The position numbers and the translations under genes were made by a program. The notes beneath the pieces are model-generated. The model ran no database searches. It worked only from the letters and a program-made list of their open reading frames with translations, and was not told the origin of the DNA. DNA of 64,000 bases from Phoronis australis (Eukaryota > Animalia > Phoronida). How positions within the stretch are numbered: the first letter of the stretch is position 1; each line of letters begins with the position of its first letter. Positions 24,601 through 36,259 of the stretch are shown here, in pieces. The stretch lies in the NCBI GenBank assembly GCA_002633005.1, contig NMRA01000249.1:196073-260072 (forward strand), in the 5' to 3' direction.

Positions 24601-27600
24601 ACTGTTTTGTCGTTACAAGCAAATGTCCAGGGGTAATCTTATGGCATATTGTGTGCCACCTGAATTTTGGTGAGCTTTTCAGCGGCATATTGCGCAAAAC
24701 TTCCCAATACAATAACAATTTTATGAGAGCACATGATGACGAGCGGAACCACAGTGGTTCTACGTTTGTACTTTGCGAACAATATATTTCATAACATGTA
24801 CTGATTTCCATTCTGTTTTTATGATCAATTTTTGTCTAAGGTACGTATAACACGCATGCAGTAGGCCTACTTGCACAATTCCAAGCAATATGGCTTCGTG
24901 TTGGTTGGTCCAGTGTACAGAACAACATTCCTGTCCGAGTTACCGTCAACCTCGTAGCAGCCCGGCAAACCTGAGGAAAAGACTGTTTTTCAAGTCAACC
25001 GAGAGATATATTAACATGACATTCTCCATAACATACAAAATTCACCCGCTACAGTGAAATAAACCAACAGACATCTGAGTTGATATAAATCAATATTTAT
25101 CATGAACACATGCTTGGGGTTTACTGCTTTCTTCTTTTGGCGTGAGCAAATGAAGAGTACAGTGTGTGCCCAAACAGGTGGGCGTTGATGCTTTAGAAAG
25201 AGACCGTTGCAGATGAGCTTACACGCCGTTGACGATACGGAGTATGAGCTGCTCTTGTGACGCGTGTTTGGCCATCAGAAATTATTATGTTCAAATGTTG
25301 TACCTTATCCTCACCACGCATATTCTTTGTACATGCATTCTGTCATAAAAATCGGCCTTATTTTGGCAATCTCGGTCTCCCTTTCATCTCTAGTGATGTG
25401 CTTTCCACGCACGTATTTTACCCGGGACATTGTCGAACATAACTGATATTTCACTTGTTAAATGTATTTATGTGAACTATCTTACAGCTTCCTTTTCCTC
25501 AATTTGGTTATCAAATTGGTCTATGTTATCACGTGCCTTGAGTTTGGTGGGCTCCCGGTCATTACAAGCTTACAACTGTGACGTGTCTGTAGCAACTTCC
25601 TTTGTTTGCATTTCACATATTTCAGTTCTACTAGCACCTATGTGTTGCGCTTTTTAATGGCCATCTTAACCGAGATTATCGTAGTTTACATATTGTATCT
25701 TATTTTCACGCGTATTCTTTGTATTTGCATTTAGTCATAATAAATGACCTTATTTAGCCTACCTCAGTCTCATTTTCTTCTCTGGTAACGAGCTTGTGGC
25801 GCACGTATTTCACGCAGACTTGTCGAACATAAACGATACTACACGTACTTGTTTGTGCGTCAAAGACCTTTGATGTACGGATAATTTCGAAAATATTCCT
25901 CCACATGCTTTACGGTTCCTATTCGGTAGACCGCGATGTAAAATGCCTAAGACAGGTTTAGGATTTGCATAGTTCCGTCCACTTTGGTCTTGTCATCTTG
26001 GTCTACACTGTAGTACTTTGTAATCGTCTTTTACACAGTCACTGTTAAAATGAGTCCGTTTAGTACAGACTCCGTAATCTGAAATTTGGTCTTTTTTACG
26101 TTGACGAGTCACGTGCACGACCCAATTGTTGATGCTCGTCATGAAGCGTCCGCCCGATAATAGACAAAAGTCCACTAAGAAGGCAGTGACTTCCAAAATT
26201 TGGCAAATGCACAATTCATGTCTCTGAACGAACCCCGTGAATCTTAATAAAAGGTCAACATTCTCAAACATTCGAGCCCTTGTTTTTAGGCTGGGTGTGC
26301 GCACGAAGATAAGATAATTAAGTCTGTGTTGAGATTGACGCAACAAAGGAGTTGGACCTTTTTACAATTAGAAAATAATTTGTTCTATTATCACGTTGTG
26401 CATAGCTCATGATTTCATGCCACATACAGTGACATGCAATAGCTTTTTTGGTTCTGTGAAATTAATTTTTTGTAGTTTGAAGACTTTTTTCAAGTAGCAA
26501 CAACACTTTCGATGAGAACAGACTAATTGATATGTGTGGGGCGGTAAAAGAACAAAAACATTTACTCTATTCAATCACTACATGCAGCTTGCTGATTCCA
26601 ATGCTTCGAAGCTTGAAATGTTACAATAAGCATTAGTTGCGGATACGTTGCAAATGTGTTCAGGAGAGCTCTAGAGTTGTAGACGGTCCAGTACTGCCAC
26701 TGAGGCGGTATTACATGTATGTGATTCATAGCTGAGCTTAACATTAAATAGTTGTCCCTTACAACAGGTTACGTGTCTACAATTCAATAATCTGGACAAG
26801 TGCGTGTAAAACAAATAACTTTACCAGCGTTAGGGCCTACTCTCATGACGTAATTTCTCGAATAGCCACCACATAGTGTCTGCGGGTCTCCCGAGCATCT
26901 ATCACCGCACTCGTCTTCTGATGACTTGCCGTACTTGCCAAAGGTCTCCCCGCACCAGCACCCAACTCCATGTTGAACACCGGCGAACTTATAGTTGCGA
27001 TACTTGCATAGCAAACGACAATTTTCTCTTGTGTTTCCGTTGCCTTCGTAAGCAGCATAGCTTAGATCCCTGCCATGTTTAGAATCTTTATAGCATCCAG
27101 GATCTGAAAAGTATCAATTTTAGTGGCAGTTTTTTTCCCCAGGGCAACCGAAGGATGTTTGCTACTACGAAGGAGATGTGTTTCTGTCGCTGAAAATATG
27201 TCTTGTTAGGTATTTCCAAACGTTTTATTTGAAACGAATTTTAGTTATAGTAAATGAAGTGAACAAAACGACTTACCTTAGGAAATGCGAAGACACAAAT
27301 GGAGAAGGTTATTTGATCACAAAAACTATGTTTTTAACGTTTTGAAGGCCTGTACACAGTAAATCCAAGTACATGTAAGAAATCTAGAAAGCAATATCGA
27401 TTGACCGTCTTTTGTCCGATGCAGGCATGGGAGCTCAGCCTGGCTTCTTAGCAAGAGGAATCGTGGGTAGTCGGATGCTTCCTACACGTGTCGTTGTGTC
27501 ACGAATGACTGCCGCCATCGTAGTGTATCGTGGGAAAAACGATACTCCAGAATTGTTGCTGCGTCGCCAAGGACTGTAACCATCAAGTATCCATGTACTA

Positions 27601-30600
27601 CTGCAGTACATTTTGTGTTAGTTTGAGGATGGACCAACAGGATTCTCATTTAACGAGTACCGAGTCCCACGGCCTGGATTGCAGATAAGGCGTTTGATTA
27701 CTGATAGTTAATTGATTGAAGTTATCCTATCAGATGGCGCTAGAATAGTTACTCTTCCTCCTTTTGGGGAAAGCAGTTCGGTTATACGGGCGAAAAGTTA
27801 AAGAAGTGCACAGAGGAAATCTTGTGGGAGTGCTTGGAGCGTGAAAAGCGCGCCCATAAACGGGAGCAGGAAAATAAAGAGCGTACCTATAAACAAGAGC
27901 TGGAAAAGGCAGAGTTTGCAAGAAAAGAAGCATCGTCGGCCCAGGGTATTGAAATTGAGAAGCAGAAGACACTGCAACTCCATACTGAGCTCAAATTGAC
28001 ACCTAGTTGGGGTCTTCTAGCAGTGGTTTACGTACCAGCCGACCCAAACTGCCAAGGTTCGACGAGCGCGTCGATGGCATGGATGATTTCCTAAATGTAG
28101 TCCGATTTGAGACGATCGCCACAAACCAGAAGTGGGATAAATTGGAGTGGACTGAGTCCATTATTGACAATTTAGGGCCCACCGGTGTTCAACAACATGC
28201 CGTCCGACCAAATTAACAACTACGGCCAACTAAAGATGACCCTGCTGCACGGATATGATCCAAACGAAGAGTGTTTCCGAAAGAAGTTCAGAGAGTCCAA
28301 GCATGAAAATGTTAAAATGAGTTGCAATTTGGGGCAAGACTGAAAAGGATCTTTGACCGATGGGTACAACACGCGCTGTTTCAGGCGACATATGATGGAC
28401 TCACAGATTTGCTGATGCGAGAGCAGTTTCTGTCGGTGCACCATTCTGAGATGTCTGTGTTCCTGACGGAACGGAAACCGAAGACCTTGGACGAGATGTC
28501 GGCCATTGCTCAACAGTGCATTGACGCCCACTGTAGTGGTTTATTGGACAAGGGGTACGCAAAGAAAGATTTGGGTCAGGTGAAAAAAGGCAGTCACGGC
28601 CAAGCAACACTGGGGAACGAAGGACAGAGACTCATCGTTCGTCGATGAACAGTAACAAGGGTGACATGGAGTGTTCCAATTGTCATATGAAGAGTCATCT
28701 TACCAAGGACTGCTGGACGAGACAGTCCCAGTTCAAAAATACTCCGCAAGAGAGCAGTCGCCTGCCTGGCAGCAAGAAGGTCGGGCTAAATTAAAGGACA
28801 ACAAGAGTATAAGAATGTGTCAAGCTGTTGGAAAAACGTATATTCCGGTAGCGCAGCACATAGTTCATTGCTTTCTGAAGTTAGATGTTGGACATCGATA
28901 CAGGTAGAGACAGGGGCGTGTGATAAGCACAGAGAGCCTCCTATTGACCACAACAAGCCCGTTTGTATCGGCTACGTCAATGAGACGAAGGTACGCATCA
29001 TGCGTGACACTGGCTGTAGTAGTGTGGCGGTGAAGACGTCCCTAGTCGAAGAAAGTCAATTGATGCGGGAACATTATATCTGCGAGCTATTAGCTGGGGC
29101 AGCACGATCCTTTCCCATGGCGAGGATTGAGGTTAGTACACCATACTTCGAGGTTGAAATCGAGGCAAAGGGACCAGGGTATGCGCACATTAACTTATGA
29201 CCTTATCATTGGGAATGCTGTCGGTGTCCGCAAGGATCCCAATCTGAGGTCACAAGGTGGTGCCATGTTCGCATTCACTACCAGAGCATAAGGTAGGTGG
29301 TGTTGACTTCATCTTGTGTGGAAAATCTTGAAGTCAGCAAGCTGAAAGACGAGCAACAACATGCTTCATCCTGACGTAAACTCATGGAACTTGGTGAGAA
29401 AGATAAAGCAACAAGAACACGCGGTAAAGGGCAAGCACTTACCGAATGTATGTTGATGACATAAAGGAGTTGAGTTAGATGGTTGTCCTTGTCAAATATC
29501 GACAACAGGTCACTACGATAACTCACGAGTCAATCGTTAGTCGGCACTTTGGTGTCAAGAAGACCATCGGAAAAAATAACCGGTAACTTTTATTGGCCAG
29601 GATTTGGCGGCGATGTAAATGATTTTTGCAGCTTACGTGACACCTGCCAGCAGGGCATGATCTTTTAATTATCTTTGGGTGAGTTGCCACTTTTGGAAGA
29701 ACCATAAAAGCGTATCGCTGTTGAGTTTATTGGCCCTGTGTCGCTAATCACTGACAGAGGCAACCAGAACTTATGCACTATCGTGGACTATGCCGCAATA
29801 TACCCAGAGGTAGTACCTTTATCCAGAATCGAAGCTGACCGATTCGTGGAGCCACTGTTTGTTTTCGTCTGTAGAATTGACTTTCCTCGAGAGGTTCTTA
29901 ATGACTGTAGGACTCTGTTTACCTCGGAGGTGCAGAAGAAAGTTGTTCGGATAATAACCACGAAACAACAATTCACCACTCCATACAATACGAAATGCAA
30001 TAGATGGTGTGAGGAGTGTATTAGCGATGTACGAAAGAGTATGCTTAAAAATCTTGGCCACTTGCAAGCAGTAATGTTCGCCTACCAAAAGGTAACTCAA
30101 TCGAGCGCAGGATTATCGCCATTTGAACTGTTGTGTAGTAGAACCGTGAGAGAGTCCATGCAGGTCCTTAAAGAATTGTGGACTCTCAATGAAACACCAT
30201 CGTCCGGAAGAGACATGTGAACTGGTGCGGAAAAACTACTGTTACCGAGCAGCGTGTCTTAGTTTGAGGATCGACCAACAGGACTGTCATCCAGCGAGTG
30301 TCGAGTCCTACAGCTTGGATAGAAGCGTTTTTTTACTTAAATTTAATTGATTGAAGTTATCCTTATAGAGGGTGCTAGCGTAGTTACTCTTCTTCATTGT
30401 TAGTCTACTTAATCGACAACGTGTTACACTTGTTTTAGTTACTAATGTTATGTAATAGTGCAATCACTGGGATTCATCATTCTGTCTCCATCTACGCACA
30501 AAACATCAGTTACCTTTTAAACTAAACCCAGTCAAATTCTGACCAAGTGCGTTCTTGGATTGGATACTCAGAGGCGTAATCCATAATACGCTCGAGCGCA

Positions 30601-32521
30601 GTGTGATGAACAATTCATGCAGTTAGATTAAAGTGGGATGGAAACTAAAAGATGTATTGTGGAGTTCACTTTCGAATAAAACGATGGGATCATGAGCCCT
30701 AGAGTGTTGGGTGGAGTCTCTTGGCAAGGATCTATACTGGATTGATCAAATACGACAGTGACGAAAGTTGATGGATTTGGCACCAGGACATGGTTTGACA
30801 AGGCATTATGATAACGTTTATACCATGGGAACCTGATTGGTCCACCGTAGGATTTCAATCTAATGTTAAGAAATTTTCTAATTTACTCTCACTAAAACTT
30901 TACAAATCTGCCAACGTTCAACCGAATTACGTTAGAGTCGTATGACTAGAAAGCCCTTTATCAGTTCTTAACGGTGTACGATGGTTCCAGAAGCAACATA
31001 TGAATACTTTAACGTGTAAATAATTATCATTTTGCATACCTGACAGATAAAAAATTAACAACCACTACTTAAATGTGACAAATAGCAATGTCTAGTAGTA
31101 ACATTAAAAATGAAAAAGAATAAGAGAGGTTAAATAACTGGGAAATAATTTCAGCGATTTAAATAAATTCTACGCCAGGACAAGGATTTCCGAATTTGGT
31201 TTCTCCACAGTTGCTGTGAAGATTTTACTCATGCATTCAACCACAATTCTACACATTTAAATATTATTTCGACCTCTGGTGCCATTTGATAGAAATAAAT
31301 TCCTCGGTAAAAATTCAGGATGTAGTGAGATTTTTTAAAAGTGTGGAGGACTATTTACTCCAACTAAATACAGTATGTGAAATTTACAGATAATGGTTTC
31401 CCGATCGAAAAAACGGACAAATGTTGTATAGCTTTGAAATGTACTGTGGATCACTACATTGGTTGCAGGATTTTCCATGAAAGTAAAATTATTGATCCAA
31501 ATACATGTACGTGCAGCGTACATGTATGTTACCGTAAGTAAGAGACAATAATATCGATTTTTATAGTCATTGTTTTGTTACTAAAGAAAGTGAACTCTGG
31601 AAATTAACAATTTTCACAATAAAAAGACAAAGTAATTTTGAACACAAAGTATTTGTCACGATCCACATTTGAGAAAGAAAAACGGGACATCTTGGTTTAT
31701 ATCGAGACTTGTGGATACAAAGCAAAGCGACTGGGTCTTGGCACACCGGTGAAAGGAAAATGGGCATCTTCCAGACTGCCAACATTACCTCGAACCGGAA
31801 ATCATCGCACCACGCTTTAGCAAAGTACATCAATTGATTAAAAGTGATCACAAAAGAACACATCATGGTACTAAAACATTACTCATGACAGGGTCTGTCA
31901 CTGCCAGGACTAGGAATTACTGTTTTACCAACAGGAACTACTCTGAGATATAAACGTGAAACATTTTCTGTTAACAAGTTTGCTGGCTGTATCAGAAAGT
32001 GGATCACGTGGTTTGGCACGGGCGGCTTCAACTCAACAAGTCTATTGTCTGCTCAAAACGTTTGATGAGTTGTGACCTAGAAAGCAAACTTTTCTGTGAG
32101 CTTCCATAACTTGCAGACAATATGAGTTGAAGACATTTGGGTTACATTAAAATGTTTCAGACGTTAGTAAGCTATCATACAATGTATTTTCTTTATATTG
32201 GATAGTTTAATTATTTAGTTGAAATCAAAGTTCATTTGTAACCAAGACCAATGTCACACAAATTGGGAAAATTTACGATAATCCAACAAATGAAAACGTC
32301 TGAATTCGTAATTTACAGCAGGGATCGTCGATTTCATCGGTCAACAGACTTTGCTGCTTATAAAACTTAATTCTTACAGCGAACGTAATTAATTCACTGT
32401 ACTGTATGTCAACTGCAATTGGAACAATGATCAAGTACATGTAGTCCTTACCGATCTGCTGCCATGACAAACTGTGTAGGAGACTCACTACCAGTAGAAA
32501 GAACAGGTGAAACATCTCCAT
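18466..32521 (-). CDS. Multi-exon gene: signal peptide + 3 WSC domains + thrombospondin type-1 repeat (spliced; 3' end unresolved)
   Basis: Exons 32452-32521, 26825-27103, 24871-24970, 23697-23869, 21010-21276, 18466-18624 join in frame with GT-AG boundaries (phases 1,1,2,1,1,1) and no stops. Confidence 0.8.
19340..19760. repeat. Diverged inverted repeat pair (~90-bp arms), probable old MITE
   Basis: tggtgatgataaccacacctgatgcc...gttgcgttgattctgaaacagg (~19375-19436) vs reverse complement at ~19669-19730. Confidence 0.6.
20133..20915. mobile_element. MITE-like element with ~45-bp TIRs (intronic)
   Basis: ggttgcatgaaacagtcccaaatagggactcaacta (~20142-20177) vs tagttgagtccttgcttgggaccgtttcgtgcaacc (~20871-20906). 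Confidence 0.55.
21010..21276 (-). CDS. WSC domain 3 exon
   Basis: DVPGCFIDYDVRDL...CRSTCFNDGFKYASVQDRTACFCGN...CSFACAGNSAQTCGG; 267 nt, phase 1-1, AG/GT. Confidence 0.9.
21614..21919. mobile_element. Young palindromic MITE (~115-bp near-perfect arms, possible TA TSD)
   Basis: ctacaaaacggaagtaattttacgcacttcc...gtagtgtaaaatc is repeated as an essentially exact reverse complement ending ...ttccgttttgtag. Confidence 0.8.
23697..23869 (-). CDS. WSC domain 2, second half exon
   Basis: KQGFGYAGVRNGTQCVCSDTFG...QCRKPCSGNIKQNCGGDNATWIMRAR; phase 2-1; gtaaga donor. Confidence 0.85.
24871..24970 (-). CDS. WSC domain 2, first half exon
   Basis: GLPGCYEVDGNSDRNVVLYTGPTNTKPYCLELCK; ttttcctcag acceptor, gtaggc donor; phase 1-2. 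Confidence 0.85.
25295..25840 (+). repeat. Diverged ~150-bp direct repeat pair, ~395 bp apart
   Basis: ttgtaccttatcctcaccacgcatattctttgta...ttgtcgaacataactgata vs ttgtatcttattttcacgcgtattctttgta...ttgtcgaacataaacgata. Confidence 0.6.
26825..27103 (-). CDS. WSC domain 1 exon
   Basis: DPGCYKDSKHGRDL...CRLLCKYRNYKFAGVQHGVGCWCG...ECGDRCSGDPQTLCGGYSRN; 279 nt, phase 1-1. Confidence 0.9.
27497..30428 (+). mobile_element. Decayed Gypsy LTR retrotransposon (Gmr1-like), RT/RNase H absent
   Basis: TG..CA ends; LTR similarity 27619-27760 vs 30260-30395. Frameshifted gag (RPKLPRFDE, MREQFL SCAN-like, CSNCHMKSHLTKDC knuckle), protease RDTGCS (~29000), integrase (HFGVKKT, YWPG, IAVEFIGP, VDYAAIYPE, SPFELL). 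Confidence 0.85.
32452..32521 (-). CDS. First coding exon (signal peptide) of the WSC-TSP1 gene
   Basis: MEMFHLFFLLVVSLLHSLSWQQI followed by G|gtaagg phase-1 donor, matching the phase-1 WSC1 exon. Confidence 0.65.
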
Positions 32522-32624
32522 CGATTGTTTTCAAATTTCTTTTCAATCAAAGACAAGAACACGACCTACAGTATTGTCTAAGTTTAATGACTGATTCAAA
32601 CAAGCTCTTGTCCAACGCTTTGCC

Positions 32625-32633
32625 TTTAATATA
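32625..32633 (-). promoter_or_regulatory. Possible TATA-like box of the WSC-TSP1 gene
   Basis: TATATTAAA on the minus strand ~105 nt upstream of the ATG; weak in AT-rich DNA. Confidence 0.2.
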
Positions 32634-33140
32634 AGCTCCTCACCAGGAAACACAGAATTACATCAAGCGTCACCAACAGCCGTAACAAGAATGAGCAGAC
32701 ACAGCCACACGTAACATAAACGTTGACATACCTTATCCAAGTTTTCTCCTGAGACCTAATAGCGCCTATAATGGAGTGACAGCTTGTTTCACGGATGGCT
32801 GAACTTCAAAGGGACTAGCCATTGTGTCCTTCTAGGCGGAGGGCCGAGGCTCATGGCATTCATTATTGTGAGTACTTTGGGTAGCAATACACTTAAAATT
32901 TAATTTTCAAAAAGTTCCCACGTCAACACTTGCATATTTGTACACAAAAGGTGTTTTTGTTGCAAGAAATATTCTGCACATTTGTGCCACTAGGCGGGGC
33001 TGTTCTATTACGTTGACCAATCAGAGAGCCAGATTGTATTGTGTTGCTGGGTTGGGTAATTTAAATATGGCAGCTTCCATGGATTTAGATGCTTGTATAC
33101 ACATGTAATTACATTTATATGCGCTAACTGCGAAGCGGTA

Positions 33141-35152
33141 TAGTCGGTGGGCCAGATTTTGTAGGGCCTCTAGAAAATGGTTTTTGTGAGTACTTTAGGG
33201 GGGCAATTTATTTTGGTATTTTTTAATTCATTTATTAGAGTGGTTTTAAAATCTAAAAAGTTCCCACAAATAAAGTTGCACATTTTTGAGAAATTTGAGT
33301 TTGAAGTTACCTAATAATCACCAAAGAGCTTAGTAAACTTATATTTGTAAAAACAACAGTTTTGGTGACTTTTTTGTAAAACAAGTAATATGGTCCCATC
33401 AGTGCCATTGTATTGAACAATATTACACTCACATTACATGTTTAACTATTGTAAATTAATTGTAAACAGTGAAATTTAAAAAANNNNNNNNNNNNNNNNN
33501 NNNNNNNNNNNNNNNNNNNNNNNNNNNNNNNNNNNNNNNNNNNNNNNNNNNNNNNNNNNNNNNNNNNNNNNNNNNNNNNNNNNNNNNNNNNNNNNNNNNN
33601 NNNNNNNNNNNNNNNNNNNNNNNNNNNNNNNNNNNNNNNNNNNNNNNNNNNNNNNNNNNNNNNNNNNNNNNNNNNNNNNNNNNNNNNNNNNNNNNNNNNN
33701 NNNNNNNNNNNNNNNNNNNNNNNNNNNNNNNNNNNNNNNNNNNNNNNNNNNNNNNNNNNNNNNNNNNNNNNNNNNNNNNNNNNNNNNNNNNNNNNNNNNN
33801 NNNNNNNNNNNNNNNNNNNNNNNNNNNNNNNNNNNNNNNNNNNNNNNNNNNNNNNNNNNNNNNNNNNNNNNNNNNNNNNNNNNNNNNNNNNNNNNNNNNN
33901 NNNNNNNNNNNNNNNNNNNNNNNNNNNNNNNNNNNNNNNNNNNNNNNNNNNNNNNNNNNNNNNNNNNNNNNNNNNNNNNNNNNNNNNNNNNNNNNNNNNN
34001 NNNNNNNNNNNNNNNNNNNNNNNNNNNNNNNNNNNNNNNNNNNNNNNNNNNNNNNNNNNNNNNNNNNNNNNNNNNNNNNNNNNNNNNNNNNNNNNNNNNN
34101 NNNNNNNNNNNNNGATTGCAGGAGTATTTGTTTAAACTGGGAACAAATGAAAACATTAACGACCTCCTCAGAGGCATCTCTCTACGCGGTACTTCTAAAC
34201 TTATAGGAACATAATTTGCCGAAAAGTATCCGGCATATGGAGTACCTATGGTATGATCATCGTCTCTACTGGGTCAGCAGTATTGTCTAAGGCCTAGGCA
34301 GCCAAGGGGCTGAACAAGTTAAAAAACAGCTGGCGATAATACTGAAACACACATGGAAAACACCAAGATGTACTTTTCAAAAACACGTACCTGTTTTTGA
34401 AAGCTATACCTTTCTGTTTCTTGAAATGTGGCCCATAATGTACTTTTCCTGCTAACAAATTATGTACTCATTTTCAGAATGTCCCTATCTTGTTCAGGGT
34501 GTTTCAGATTTTGGAAGTATCATTGATTTTCTTGGGAAATCTTGGATAACATCTGTATCACTTTCAGCAACTTCAGCTTTAGTACTACTGTTGGTGCCTT
34601 GAAACGTTGCTATGCTGTTCTATGTCCTTTCAATTTTTTGGTCTGACACTTGGTCCTCTAGTCTACAGCACTCAGCAGTATACTGTGTAGGCTACCAGGA
34701 CATGCAGCTGTTTTCTGCACAGGCAAACGTTTGTGACACCTCTTCTCCTTTTGATCTACTGATCTACAGAGTTCCACAGTCAATCAGCTTTCGTCAGGAA
34801 GCTGTCCTAAGTTTCTTTAGGCTCTGACATCACAATGTTGTGCTGTTTGATGAACCTTGAATTATACAGGCATCACACTCCATGGGAGCAGCCATATTGA
34901 AGTAACAAAGCACAACAATACAATCTGGCTATCTGATCGGTCAATTCAATAGAAAAGCGCCATCAAGTGGCAGGAATGTGCATCATATTTTGTGCAACAA
35001 AAACACCTTTTTTAAAAAAATGTGCAAGTCTAGGCGTGAGAACTTTTTGGAATTTGATTTATAGGTATATTATCTAGCCACATAGAAAAAACTAGGTTGC
35101 CCCCCCGAAGTGCTCACAAGGATGAACGCTAAGAGATCTGGCCCACCGACTA
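33141..35152 (-). mobile_element. Academ-like DNA transposon copy 2 (contains the assembly gap)
   Basis: Same TIRs as copy 1; 3-bp TSD GTA (33138-40, 35153-55); closely similar to 14834-17752 outside the gap. Confidence 0.8.
33484..34113. other. Assembly gap (630 N)
   Basis: Run of N. Confidence 1.
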
Positions 35153-35963
35153 GTACCGGAAGCTAGTTTACGGTGAAACAACATGTACAGGTGAGATAAA
35201 AAGTCATATATACTATGACAAACTAAACTTCTAACAGATATCGATAAATACAACAGTTATATAACATGTTGAACTGTAAAGGTGGGTGACAATCTGCCAA
35301 AGTACAATGCAGCAATGAAGGTATACACAGGTGCTAAACTATGAAGATAAGTGACAACAAGCGGAAACAAAACAGCTGAACACCAGGACAGCGACATGGG
35401 AAAATGAAGTGTAAACAGGGAAGTAAGGAAAATTGGTTTGAGGGAGGGAGGGAAAGCGAAATTGACTGAACACTCGAACATTGGAGTGAATTAGGGACGA
35501 TGGCCCGGTGATGCGAGAAGACAAAGAGATCACGTGGTACAATTAAACCAATAATCGAAGAACAAAGAGGGTCACTGACACGAGAATCGGAACAATATGA
35601 TAATGAAGACGAAGCAGTATAGCTTACATAAAATAATTTAATACTTAAATAATATTTATATGCGCTAACAGCGAAGCGATACCCGAAGCTAGTTTACAGA
35701 GAAACAACACGTGTAGGTGAGATATAAGGTCATATATATTATGACAAACTGAACTACTACAGATATCGATAAGTACAAAAGTCATATAACATGATGAACT
35801 GTAAAGGTGGGTGACAATCTGCCACAGATGCATCAAAATAGTACTAAATTGTAATAACCATAACGAGAAGAAGCTTGCAGAAGTATCCTGATAAAAGCTG
35901 CTGTACTGTGCCACTCTGTGGATCAGTATAGATGTAACAGAATTAGAGGTGCCATAAACGTTT

Positions 35964-36259
35964 CAGTGTTCTCCACAAGCTGTTTTGAAAAGTCACTGCG
36001 ACGAGTTTGAATTTTGCCACGACGAGTTTGGCTCACTTGCGTCGAGTTTAAAAACCTGTGCAACGAGTTTTAAATATTGGAAGATTAGTCATTTCTGAAG
36101 AAAATTACATGTAAGACATTTTGGACATTTGGTACCAGTTCAATGCATTTTTTACAAGACATTTAAGTCTTGTAATAAATTTGACATTGACTTTTAAACA
36201 CATGTACATGAATTCTGAAATTCAAGTCGAGTTTGAATTTTCTGTTGTGGAGAACACTT
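35964..36259. mobile_element. Small MITE with CAGTGTTCTCCACAA TIR (hAT-like ends)
   Basis: cagtgttctccacaa / ttgtggagaacact, with repeated subterminal cgagttt motifs; TSD not resolved. Confidence 0.6.

Noticed and set aside
30500-30860. Possible exon 2 of the WSC gene, or an RT-like GGVSWQGSIL motif on +
   Set aside because: Phase-1 readings hit stops; a single weak motif is insufficient.
33469-34206. Long ORFs of X residues
   Set aside because: Assembly gap.
35655-35695. gcgaagcg...gaagCTAGT resembling a Helitron terminus
   Set aside because: Similarity between the two copies continues past CTAGT and no matching other end was found.
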